In this document: positions 36,201-45,800 of the stretch, in pieces | Position numbering within the stretch: position 1 is the stretch's first letter | Layout: each line of letters opens with the position of its first letter | Source of the DNA: Guillardia theta CCMP2712 | Lineage: Eukaryota > Protista > Cryptophyta | NCBI RefSeq assembly: GCF_000315625.1 | Contig: NW_005434650.1 | Coordinates: forward strand, 628,369-692,368 | DNA: 64,000 bases | Direction: 5' to 3' | Position numbers and translations under genes: made by a program | Notes under the pieces: model-generated | Databases searched by the model: none | Seen by the model: the letters and a program-made list of their open reading frames with translations, nothing else | Told to the model about the DNA's origin: nothing

Positions 36201-38157
36201 GCACAGCTGCCTTCGGATGCTTGTATAACCAAATTACACTGTTCGGCACTCTACGAAGAATATTCATCCAGATTTGAAACAAGTCTGCAGTAATCCTACC
36301 AAGTCTGCAAAAGTTACAAAATACAACTGTTGGATGATCTGGGAGTTGATGATCGTCCCTGGTAGGAAGATTCTTTTGATCTAAAATTTCTGGATAAAGG
36401 TGACGGAAGGAGTTTGTCTGATAACAGTAAGGCATATGTAGAATTCGTTCAGTATAGAATTCCCGGTGCTTCTCTGGGCATACAGTTCGATCGGCGACGT
36501 TGAAATCGATGTAATCTGCCCCCATTGTGCCTGGATAAGCTAAGTAAACAAGCTGCACGGGTGCAGGGCGAAGCGCGCTGATTCCATTACGGTCCCCAGC
36601 AGTATGCCCATTCAAATTGACCAGGATGTGTATTCCATCTTCAGCAATCGCCTCTGCACATTTCTTGTCGTTGTCTCGTTGAGAAAAATTACGAAAATGC
36701 TCAATTTCTTGAGCAATTGTTTTTCGGTAATGCGAATTATCATCATCTCGTGTGATGGAGTAACAGAAAATTTCAAATTTAGAGTCGTCATGCAGCAAGA
36801 GAGCGCTTTGGATCAAGTCTGCTGTTGGATGGTCCACAAAATCTGAGCTGATATAACCTATTCTTAGACGCGGAATGCCATTTTCGGAAGGATTCAAGAT
36901 TATCTTTTCATCCCTCCATGCATGGTATTCATCGTCATCTTCTTTGTTCGGTTTTTGCTTGATGAGTTTCAAAGCTTTTTCCTTCGCATCTTTCGCATAT
37001 GCCTCCGCTATCCGTCGAATCGTACCCTTGTCAAAGCTTACTCCAGAAGAGGTGTAATGCAACGCATGAAAGGGCATAATGACAGGAACCTCACCATTAT
37101 CCAATTGATTCAATACATGTCGCACTAGTGGTTCAATATTTCTGTACCATTCCTCCCATGCGCACGCACAAAGCAAGTCAAACACAAGTTGAGAAAAGCA
37201 GTCTTGTCCTTTCGAGGAAATATCATTGCCTTCTAGCCGTTCTCTAGACTTAGCAATATTCTCTTTCAACATCTCATCGTACCGCTCTTGCCCAATGCAC
37301 TCGGGACAATGCCAAAAGTCAGGTGGAACCGTCGCATTACTGAGGCACATACACGCAAAACAGAATGACCGACAACACGAATCGCAGGTGGTCGACTCGA
37401 TCTCATGATATCCACACGAGCAGCACTGCAACGCCTGTTCTGGCAGCTTCCATGGACCTCTACATGTTTGACTTACAACCAGCACATGTTTTTCCAATTT
37501 TTCATGGGCGTGATGTATACAAGCATTGCATGTCCAGCGATGGGAAAGAGGAAAATTTGCAAGAATACCCATGCAGCTCTTATGAAAGCTAGATGGACAC
37601 TCAGAACAATGGACGTCAACTCCAGCATGCCCACATACATCGCAAAACCTCGAATTGTTGTATTTCTTCTGCAACTTTCGCAAGAGTTGATTTTCCGTTT
37701 CATTGGCGCCCGTAACAACCACTTCAAATTGATCCATTCTCTCTGAAAGAGCTTCTTCTGGAAGTATAGCGATCTCTGAATACGATACTTGGCTCCCCTC
37801 GCTGAAGGCCGACCCACAAGCTGGACAAAACTTCCAAACACCTAAATTTTCACGGATTAAGGGTCCCCAGAAGATACCATGGCAATGACTACAAATGTAT
37901 CCAGTATCTCTGCCAAAAAGTGGCTCCTCATTAAACCTCAAGCGTTTCCTGTTCCTTTTTGGACCTTTGCTATGCCGTTTTCGTCCAAACACGGTAGGCT
38001 TTGGACAAGTTTCTGGGGTATCCCTTGGACCTGTTTCTGGGGGTTCCTGTGGAGCAGTTTCTTGGGGGACGCTTTCAGGATGTTCGTTGACAGCAAGAGT
38101 GGGATCCGAATCGACATCATCCACTGCAACCAGTGAAAAGTCCGCCGTTGAATCCAT
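33205..38157 (-). CDS. Intronless 1650-aa Zn-ribbon + 2x PHD finger + GT41 (O-GlcNAc transferase-type) catalytic domain + long disordered tail
   Basis: CSHC..CPAC; CDVC..CSECPSSFHKSC..WTCNAC; CCSC..CDSCCRSFCFAC..WHCPEC; RIGYISSDFVDHPT, ILVNLNGHT, LRPAPVQ..YPGTMGA, KIEHLKR, LDTIVYNGHTTASDMLWAGVP; basic NLS-like patches. Confidence 0.9.
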   Translation of the reverse strand: MDSTADFSLVAVDDVDSDPTLAVNEHPESVPQETAPQEPPETGPRDTPETCPKPTVFGRKRHSKGPKRNRKRLRFNEEPLFGRDTGYICSHCHGIFWGPLIRENLGVWKFCPACGSAFSEGSQVSYSEIAILPEEALSERMDQFEVVVTGANETENQLLRKLQKKYNNSRFCDVCGHAGVDVHCSECPSSFHKSCMGILANFPLSHRWTCNACIHHAHEKLEKHVLVVSQTCRGPWKLPEQALQCCSCGYHEIESTTCDSCCRSFCFACMCLSNATVPPDFWHCPECIGQERYDEMLKENIAKSRERLEGNDISSKGQDCFSQLVFDLLCACAWEEWYRNIEPLVRHVLNQLDNGEVPVIMPFHALHYTSSGVSFDKGTIRRIAEAYAKDAKEKALKLIKQKPNKEDDDEYHAWRDEKIILNPSENGIPRLRIGYISSDFVDHPTADLIQSALLLHDDSKFEIFCYSITRDDDNSHYRKTIAQEIEHFRNFSQRDNDKKCAEAIAEDGIHILVNLNGHTAGDRNGISALRPAPVQLVYLAYPGTMGADYIDFNVADRTVCPEKHREFYTERILHMPYCYQTNSFRHLYPEILDQKNLPTRDDHQLPDHPTVVFCNFCRLGRITADLFQIWMNILRRVPNSVIWLYKHPKAAVPRLQLQAKRSGIPPERLVFGPPCSPKIEHLKRVTLADLCLDTIVYNGHTTASDMLWAGVPFVTVSGDNWPSLVATCIAKSVGMPEMAVSNLAEYEELAVKLGNDPVMLREWKTKLQANRLSAPLFDPERWIRSFESGLEKVWRLYEQKIQFPMDLECDDFGASEAAQKGVVGNIRGIENFEQRKHFAFRCDNSKLALDLGLKKKRSQSFAFNRKRKELQELKRLRPFSKNIRENSVMISKRTKAANSMTKLDRFSKLKKHREHLLLSEKSKLQGDSQKQDRQDYGGDHADFEFLEVDNDVDFSLTSHEHVKSEDKVLNPNVDSQTPIAVAGSSEAEKSQPNLSSQQENVSTEKCSQESIADEKKLENDTGPIPQSSVTKEDTPASSGQEALTLEVKSNNSSLIETVAEVQLTLNGLENSHALPAIKKDDVSTAVMNHAVKTESGNDAQTTFAIMNSSELAKDQGEVGVIIQHTELNPLSAQGNEFGGICTTNRSQANNKKKGRKKGQGPRAVEFGTSPQSVMPPQNNGHARASGVAINPSDVSMAVSTERGKDLEKLHSNVEAMTRFLSQGESQQQRQYLGMEKGAPTVLQSNVPSTTIAKPHELSLSVVPSSNGPVRNDLNMISNAQPVSNVSGSMAHVSLGNQLPTLLPLSRTSPLLASSVYKGDKKDGKAQHLTLNQGLNTVVASPHELVASQFSNGHSQVPGLLKNPPGVNLSQGRQGPKKGRKSGGSKGASADRPAVTAGFPCHPQAPEAYVVDLMATKRIQKQGQGSNGSDNAPLIYPNGMANPHPTVIKHSPNAVVGHPLAANHCTVKDSVNGRNAGMTMSLVAPASPGVSTSGSRHDSINSSNGSQEADSVTSILVPVGIPRTVLPPPLPKEVTRKCSQSYQSVPGNQVNISEMLTFMIRKIVMVELESHKQKSSANDSLQRHLQRVEVEAVNNLRALMEILPPYEQRLQHGKFEDVHYNQVLTHVRGISQEIAPQCIWLSKEIDMDDDL

Positions 38158-39228
38158 GTGAAGCGCTTTCTGCTTTCAAGGGGCTGATGGGTCAGTGCAG
38201 AAGATCATTCAGCATGCCAGGCGAGGCACAGACCAACGATCCTCTCACACAAGACGGTGGTCGACGTTGGGCATCTTGCAGAGAGAAGGGAGGGAGGAAG
38301 GAAGAGATCGAGGGGGAGGGGGAAGAGAGGGTAAAATTTCAGAATGAAGCAACGAGAAAGTGTGAGCCCCTGTGCAGCAACCACGGACTCCAGGAGGGGG
38401 AGGTCGGGGAGGAGGATGTCGTCTCCTGCTTCAGCTTGCCGCCCATTCTTGTCTCCCTCCCGAACGCCCGCCATGTGCTGCCACAAACTTCGAGAGCGCG
38501 CGGCCTGCCATGCTTCAAGAAGCTGAGCAGGGGTAGTTGTGAGATACGTTCTGCTGGTGGGGTAGTTCTGCCAGATCAGGAGGGGTAGTAGGCAGACGAA
38601 AAAAAAGGGTGGGTAAGGGGATATCTGTGCAGGGGGCCAATTCGTAGGGTAGGGGTGTGACCTCAACCCCTTCGTAATCATATTCAAAGTGTAGAAAATA
38701 GGGTGGGGGGTACAACAAGTAAATCGATTTTGACCTTGAGCTAGTATGCCAAGGGTAGGGTGATAGAATAATGGAGGGTAGGGGTGGTCGTGTGACCTTT
38801 TCTGTGAGAAGAAAGAACACGACCACAACAGTTATAAGATGTTTTTAAATTTCAATTATTGACAAGACATTTTTCAAAATAGAGAACAAATATTTCAAAA
38901 CAAATCAAACCAGTTTCAACCCGTTTGATAAAAGCGACATCGTTCCCCTAGCAAGACCTCTTCGGGTCGCAGTTCCTTTCGCAGTTCCATGCGCGAAAGC
39001 GACCACGGCAGGCACAGGATGGTTAAGTCCTCGAACGACACACAGAATGGGTAAGTCCACGAGCATGCTCCTCCTCTCCTCCGAGGAAGAGATAGTCTCA
39101 GGCGTCGGTGATGACAAGGAAGGATTGCCGGAGTGCTGAAGGTTTCCACCCCACAGACGTTGATCTCGAGGATCGAAGTGAGAATCTAAACTCCGATGCA
39201 GTCCTGCTCTCGGGGAGCGAACGTAGCA

Positions 39229-40287
39229 TCAGTCGGCTGCCTTCAAAAATTCTCCTCCTATGCTGCAGACCAGCTTGCCAACCCGCGTCTCCTCTCTCAT
39301 CTTTGCAATGGCTGTCTGTACCTCGGACATGCGGTAAACGGAGCTGAGATGAGGCCTGATCTTCCCATCGAGCACCAGGGGCCATACCTTAGTTCGTATT
39401 GCCTTGAACATCTTGTTCTTGAACTCCTCCTCGCTGTTGCGGATGGAGCATCCCAGCACTTCAACCTTCTTCTCTATCAACCTTTGAATATTGAATTTCC
39501 CCTCCTCCACCATGCAGCCTTGGAATACAAGTTTCCCCCCTGGTTTCAGCAACTGAATGTTGCGATCGATCGTATCTCCTCCTATGCAGTCTATCACAGC
39601 ATCCACACCCTTGCCGCATGTTGCCGTCCTTACGATCTTGTCGATGTCCTCTGTGTTGCTCTCACATGCGTAGTCAGCTCCCAAGGACAAGCAGAATTCA
39701 ACCTTCTGCTTGGAGCGACAAGTCGTGAAGACCTCGATGCCGAAGTTTCTTGCAACCTGGATCATGATGTGCCCGACCCCACCCGCCCCTCCATGGATGA
39801 GGACCGACGTTCCTTCCTTCAGCTCCGCCAGCTCGAACAGGCAAGACCATGCAACGCACAGGCCCAGCGGCATAGCAGCAGCGACATTCCAGTCAAATCC
39901 TCTAGGGAGCAGCAGCGCCTGTTGCTTCTTGCAAACACAGAATTCAGCGTAACCTCCGCCTGAGACCATCGCACAGACTGCTCCGCCCTCGACCATGCCA
40001 TCGGTCTCCTCATCTACGATCATGATCTCACCAGACACCTCCATGCCGATGATGTCGGTGCATCCTCTCGGGGCAACGAACCTTCCCTTCACCTGCTCCA
40101 AGTCTGCACCACTCACCGCGAACGAACGGACCCGCAGGAGCATCTCTCCTTCCCCTGGCCATGGAATCGGACGAGCATACATCGCTATCGCGTCCTCCTC
40201 CTTCACAGCCCATCCAAGCTGCTGTTGCTTCCCCGTCGGCTTCACCACCCTGGAGGGTCCGCATGCCTCCCCCACCGGCGCGCTCAT
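39229..40287 (-). CDS. NAD(P)H:quinone oxidoreductase, PIG3/zeta-crystallin (MDR) family; intronless
   Basis: DLEQVKG..IIGMEVSG, VSGGGYAE, VLIHGGAGGVG, GVDAVIDCIG, GKLV. Confidence 0.9.
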   Translation of the reverse strand: MSAPVGEACGPSRVVKPTGKQQQLGWAVKEEDAIAMYARPIPWPGEGEMLLRVRSFAVSGADLEQVKGRFVAPRGCTDIIGMEVSGEIMIVDEETDGMVEGGAVCAMVSGGGYAEFCVCKKQQALLLPRGFDWNVAAAMPLGLCVAWSCLFELAELKEGTSVLIHGGAGGVGHIMIQVARNFGIEVFTTCRSKQKVEFCLSLGADYACESNTEDIDKIVRTATCGKGVDAVIDCIGGDTIDRNIQLLKPGGKLVFQGCMVEEGKFNIQRLIEKKVEVLGCSIRNSEEEFKNKMFKAIRTKVWPLVLDGKIRPHLSSVYRMSEVQTAIAKMREETRVGKLVCSIGGEFLKAAD

Positions 40288-40581
40288 GTTCAGGGTCAGA
40301 CCATTGCGATCTCCTCCCTCCTAATGTTTAGTCAACTCAGTTTGCCCTTGGGCAGAACATGGAGGGGAGTCGTAGGGACGACGGAGGGAGGATGGAAGGA
40401 GGTGGAAGGAGGAGGGGGGAGAGAAGGAGGGGCGCTAGAAACTAGTAAGAGCGGGGGAGAGAGGAAACACGTCAGAGAGGAGGGAAAGAGGCGAGGCGGG
40501 GGGGGCGAGAAGAAAGGTTGTCATTGGTGCATGGATGGACCAAGTTCGAAGGTGAAACGCATAGTGACAGATAGTAACAGG

Positions 40582-41995
40582 ATGGGACTTACTGTGAACA
40601 TCAAGACTGTGAGTGGGGAAACTGCCAAAGTACAGGTAAGAGACACGCCCGAACAAGACAGCTGCATTTACCCCGTTGTAGGCTCTTTACACAGATACCG
40701 TTGAGCACTTGAAGAACAAGGTTGAAAAATCTACAAGTCTAGGAAAGATACGTGACTTTGTTCGGAAAGGGGTCATTCTAGACGGTGAGTTTATCCGGCT
40801 TGAAAGGATTTCTTTTTGATTATATTTTGTCTTTCCCAGACTTCAAAACATTAGCTCAGTGCGGGTTCGAAAACAACGAATTGATCATAGCCACCATAGA
40901 AAAATCAGCACCCCCAAAGTTTGTGTGAATTCTTCATTCTCTGTACTTCAGTTGACATGTATTCTGAAAAGAGCTGTGGAGATTGAAGACATAGAGACGT
41001 CCTCGAAGCAGGAAAGAAAGCTAGAAAAACCCAAGAAATGTGCTACGTGTGGTAAAGGAATCAACCTCGTCGAGCAGAACATGCCATGTAGATGTAGTCT
41101 AGTTTTCTGTGAGTTTCGATCTGATGACCTTTCATCGAGCTGAAGTTGTCTTCACGAACACAGGTGAACATCACCGGCCACCCGAGAAGCACCATTGTCC
41201 TGTCAACATATCTTTGCTCAAGAGAGAACAGCTGGCTCGAGATGTAATAGTTTTGCTAGCATGTCCTCTATCCATGACGCTACGACTGTGCAGCTCATGC
41301 CAAGTGAAAGTAAAGGATCTCGGTCAACTAGCAGTTCGGCCAAGGGCATTTTGATCTACAATGAGTTCGCCGCTTCACACAGGTCGAAAGCTTGTCGCCA
41401 AATGCATGCAGTAGGTAATGGGGCGGAATGGAAGATTGTTTCTTCCTTCAGTCGTCGTCTGCCCACTGAATCCTACCTGCAGCACTTGGATTCCTGGCTG
41501 GCGGCTGTTTGTCTGCGCTAGGAGCTGAGTGGGATGGTCAAGGAGTTCCGACCTGGATTAAGAGATTGGTAATATAAGTATGACGACGACTCTGTGATCA
41601 ATGATGGATTCATGTCGATTCAGGTTCTCGGATACAGTCTTGCCTACCTCATTGGTCAATGGTCTCATTCAAAAAGGATCAATGTGAGTGTTTCACGTCA
41701 CCGGGAGGGAGGAACTGCCATGATTGCGCTCCTGATCTTTTGAAACAGAATGCTTCCGGAGACGACCACGACTTTACCTACTGTCTGTGGAGCAGACAAG
41801 TATGGCAGCAACCTTGGGGATGCCTCAAGGCTGAATTTCGAAACTTGGTGAGGCGAATCGCAGCAGCATCGAAATGAGTCGCCGTGAGCAGTCACTAATG
41901 CAGCTCATGTGTTCCATTTGCAGGTCAGAGTGCTGGTGGACCTTGTGACCCATGATCGAAGTAGTCTCTTGCTAAATTATGGTGGAACTGGCTGA
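40582..41995 (+). CDS. Ubiquitin-like + AN1 zinc finger protein with probable C-terminal Mpo1/DUF962-like membrane domain; multi-exon
   Basis: MGLTVNIKTVSGE..DTVEHLKNKVE..GVILD|DFKTLAQCG; CATCGKGINL..CRCSLVFC|GEHHRPPEKHHC; spliced tail HRSKACRQMHAV..LGYSLAYLIGQWSH..PWGCLKAEFRNL..GTG*. Confidence 0.7.
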
Positions 41996-42857
41996 TTGCT
42001 TGCTCGCAGGGAACTGTGTGACGCGGCATGCTCTCAAGTACAAGAAGTTTTATGATCCAAGTTAGATGCTAAGTTCCTCGCTGGCCGCCATTGGAATTTT
42101 CAGCTTCACTCATTTCCCGTTGTTATTGAACACGGGAACCTGATTGTCAGATAGTTTGCATATAAAGTGCGTCAGTGTGCGGAGTTTGCCAAGATTATGC
42201 CAGGCTGCTGCACCCAGGCTGTCAAGTTGGCTGATGTACCTAGCCAAAGTAATGCAGCGGCCGGCCCGGGCGCAAGTCTAACCAGCACTCAGGTAAACCC
42301 TAGTTGATTGTCCAGATCATCATTGCCAATCGGATCGGCGGATGGTTGAGTTCTGGACGGGAGTCCGGGCCCGGGCCTGGACTGGTGCGGGCCGCCGCGG
42401 CGCCGGCGGGCACTCCGACACGGTACCGTACGGTCCGATCACTGAAACGCCGGGTGACAGTCCGGCAAAGGGAAACCTGATCGTTACGGAAGCGTTTATG
42501 TTTGTAACGGAGTAGCGCCATGGCGCGTTGGGCAGGAGGAGAGATGGCAGTAGAAAGGGGAGGGGAGAAAGGGCCCAGCGTTGACATGCTGCTTCTTCGG
42601 CTCCTCAACCACTTCTGCCTCCATTCCTCACATCAACTGCTGAGCTGACCTTTCAGTGCGCCGTTTCTCACTCACAGACAAATCGATCCTGCCTTTCCCC
42701 ATTTCTGTAGCCCGACCGCCTCGATACTGGTCGTCAGCATCAGCTAGCTTGACCCTCTTTGACATCTCTTGTGCATGTCTTGGAAACTCAGCATGGTAGC
42801 AAGAGGAGCGGCGATCGACACTTCACATGCCATGATGAGCGGATAAACAATTCGGCG

Positions 42858-45800
42858 ATGCTCCCGAGAATTGGAGGTCCTCGCTCGGGCGCGGCCACTC
42901 AATCAAGAGGAGGTTCGGGAGCTGCCTCTCAGGCGAACAGGAAAGTATTGGCAGCAAGGCAGGACCTGTCCGATTCAGAAGAAAGCAGCTTCGAGGCGAG
43001 CGAGTCCGACCATGATGATGAATCCGTCATGCAGCTCAACTCTCGGGGCCGATCCGCTCCTGGCCATGACCCTCGGATCGCGCGCACTACCTACCCCGAG
43101 GTGAAGAGAGTGTCGCACAGCAGCACGGGACACGATGCAGGATACGATCAGCTCCCGCGGGCTCTTTCCCGAGGCTCGGTCCTCAGGACCCCCGAGGCTG
43201 AGAGAACGAGCAGTGGAGGGTACGGGAATGCGAGGGAGCAGCAGGGACGGTATTCCTCAGTTGAGGTTGAGATGAAGAGACCGCCCAAGATTGAGGAGAA
43301 AGTCTACGACATGCGCGCGCATGCGGCAAACAGCAGCCTGACCGATAGTGAAGGGACGGAAGACAGTGAAGGGGATGCGCAAGGGAAGCAGTACCTGCAA
43401 CAAGCGCGCATGGCGAGAGACGCGGATGCCGATGATATGAAGGGAGCGATTCGAACAAAGTACGGTGTCAAGGTAAAAGTGGACAAAGTCGAGATGGACA
43501 GATTCTCCGACTTCGATACGATGGTGCAAACACAAACTCGTGAGGGCCGGGCGAGCACGAAGCTGCAAGATAAGGTGAGGGTCTACCCTTGTTGGTGCTT
43601 GAGAGGAGGAGGACTGACGGGACTGCATCACCTAGACGCGCATGATCGAGTCAACCATGGCGACGCAAGCGCAACGAAGAGCATTGGAAGAGAAGGCGGA
43701 GGAAGAGATCAATCATCTTGAAGACATCGCCACGAAACGCGAAAGATGGCTTCTGCGGCAGCAAGAGCGAAAGATGAAGGCGGCAGAGGCTGCGCGGAGG
43801 AAGCTGTCCGACAAGGGGATGATGGTAGCCAAGTGGTGGCTGAGCGCTGTGAGGCGGCAGGTGATGGAGAGGTCTTCTGACGTGAGCTGTGCTTGACGTG
43901 GTGTGCAGGGCCCAGAGCTTGCGAGTCCACGGTCAGCCGTTCCAGGCGCTGGTTACGATGAAGATGCGAATGGTTCCGAGAGATTGATGAGTAGCCTTGA
44001 GATGAGCCACAGAGAAGATACAGCAAGACATCGTCTCTACCAACAAAACCAGCAGGTTGTTGTCTTCTACAACTATGGACCCGAGCTGATTGTTGTTTCT
44101 CCCTCCCTCTTCCTCTCTGATTCGTCAGGACATCGATCTCTATAGAAGGGAGCTGCAAAGTTTGGTCGAGAAGGAAGCGGAGCAACGGAAAATCCTGAAA
44201 GAGTTGTGGGAGCAGAAGACTGCGATGAAGTCCAAGGAGGACAAGTACTCGGAGATCATATGGGATGTGCGAAAACATATTCTCGAGCAAAAAGAGAACC
44301 TTGAGAAGCTTCTGAAACGAAAAACCGAGGCTGAATTGCAGCTGTCTCAAGTTGCCGATGAGATCGAGGCCTTCAAGAATGAAAGTGAAGAGATCATGCA
44401 GAGACGAATGGCCCTGATCGAAGAAATCAACAGCCTGAAGCAGAGCAGAGATGAGCAGCAAGAGCTGGAGAGAGAGCAGCTCTCCCTTGCTATGAGGATG
44501 AGACGAGCGCAGCAGCTGCGGGAGAAGAAGAACAAGGAGCTCCGGGAGGAGATGGAGCAGTTGGCGGTGGAGGGAAACAAGCAGCAAGAGCAGATTGAGA
44601 AGGCCGAGCAAGAGATAGACATTGTGAAGAAGGAGATCGATAGCGTGAAATCATCCATCGACCAGAAGCGACATGCTCTTGATGGCATCTTGGCTCAGAA
44701 GCGTGAGAAAGAGAGAGAGGAGAGGTCTGTCTTGGACGAGATGCAGTCCGCCATGCACGACCTTGAAGTGCAAGAGCGGCAGGTCGCCGTACAGATGGGC
44801 AACGTGGCAAAGGTGCGGGATGACATCGAAGCGAGCAGGATGAAGGAGAAGGAGCTGATGCAGGAGGTAGAAAATCTCCGGAGATCCTTGATGGAAGGCG
44901 AGACTCAGATCAGGATGAAGGAGATCCACTCCCAGATGAAGGAGGTGGAGAAGGAGAAGGAGGCAGCAGAAGCCGTGAAGGCAGCGGCAGAGGCAAAGCT
45001 CGAGCAGGCCAAGGCAGAGCTTACAGAGGTGAAGATGTCGGAGAAGATGCTGCAACAGCAGGAGGAGGCGGCGAAGACTGAGAAGCTGATGGTCGAGGCG
45101 CGCAAGGACGACTACCTGAAGAGGATCGCGCAGCTGAAGAAGGACAAGGAGGCTCTGGAGTCGGACTCAGTATCCTTGAAAGACCAGATGCTCTACTTGC
45201 AGCAGGAAGAGAAAGCTGTGGAGAGGAAGGAGATGCTGACGAGGCACGAGGAGACGCTCATCAGGTCGCGGATCGACACGAGGAAGAAAACCATCGACGA
45301 CATCCAGCAGAACATTGCAGGGCTCGAGGAGGAGAACGCGAGGATCCAGGCTGAGCTAGATGGGATGATGAAGCTGGAGAGTCAGGCGAATGCCAGGTGC
45401 AAAGAGCTCAAGGAGAAGGCTGTTGCCAGCCTGCAGGAGAAAGTTCGACTCCATGACATGGAGGAAGACTACCGAGCAACGCTGAAGGAGGCGGAGGCGG
45501 CGCTAGAGGAGGCGAAGAGAAGCTTGAAGAGGGTGGAGAATGAGCAGGGGGAGGTGGACGAGGAGCTGGCGAAGGCGAGGAAGAAGCTTTCAGACTCCAA
45601 GTCGTTCCGCGACTTGAAGCTTGAAGAGCTGCAGAAGATGCAGCAGGAGCTCAATCTCGAGACGAAGAAGCTGGAGGAGCAGCAGCAGAGGGTGCAGGAG
45701 CAGGTGGAGAGGAGGAGGACGGAGCAGAAGAACCTCATGGATGAGATGAACCGGCTCAGAGACGAGAGGTTGTCCATCGAGCATGGGCAGCGGGACCTGC

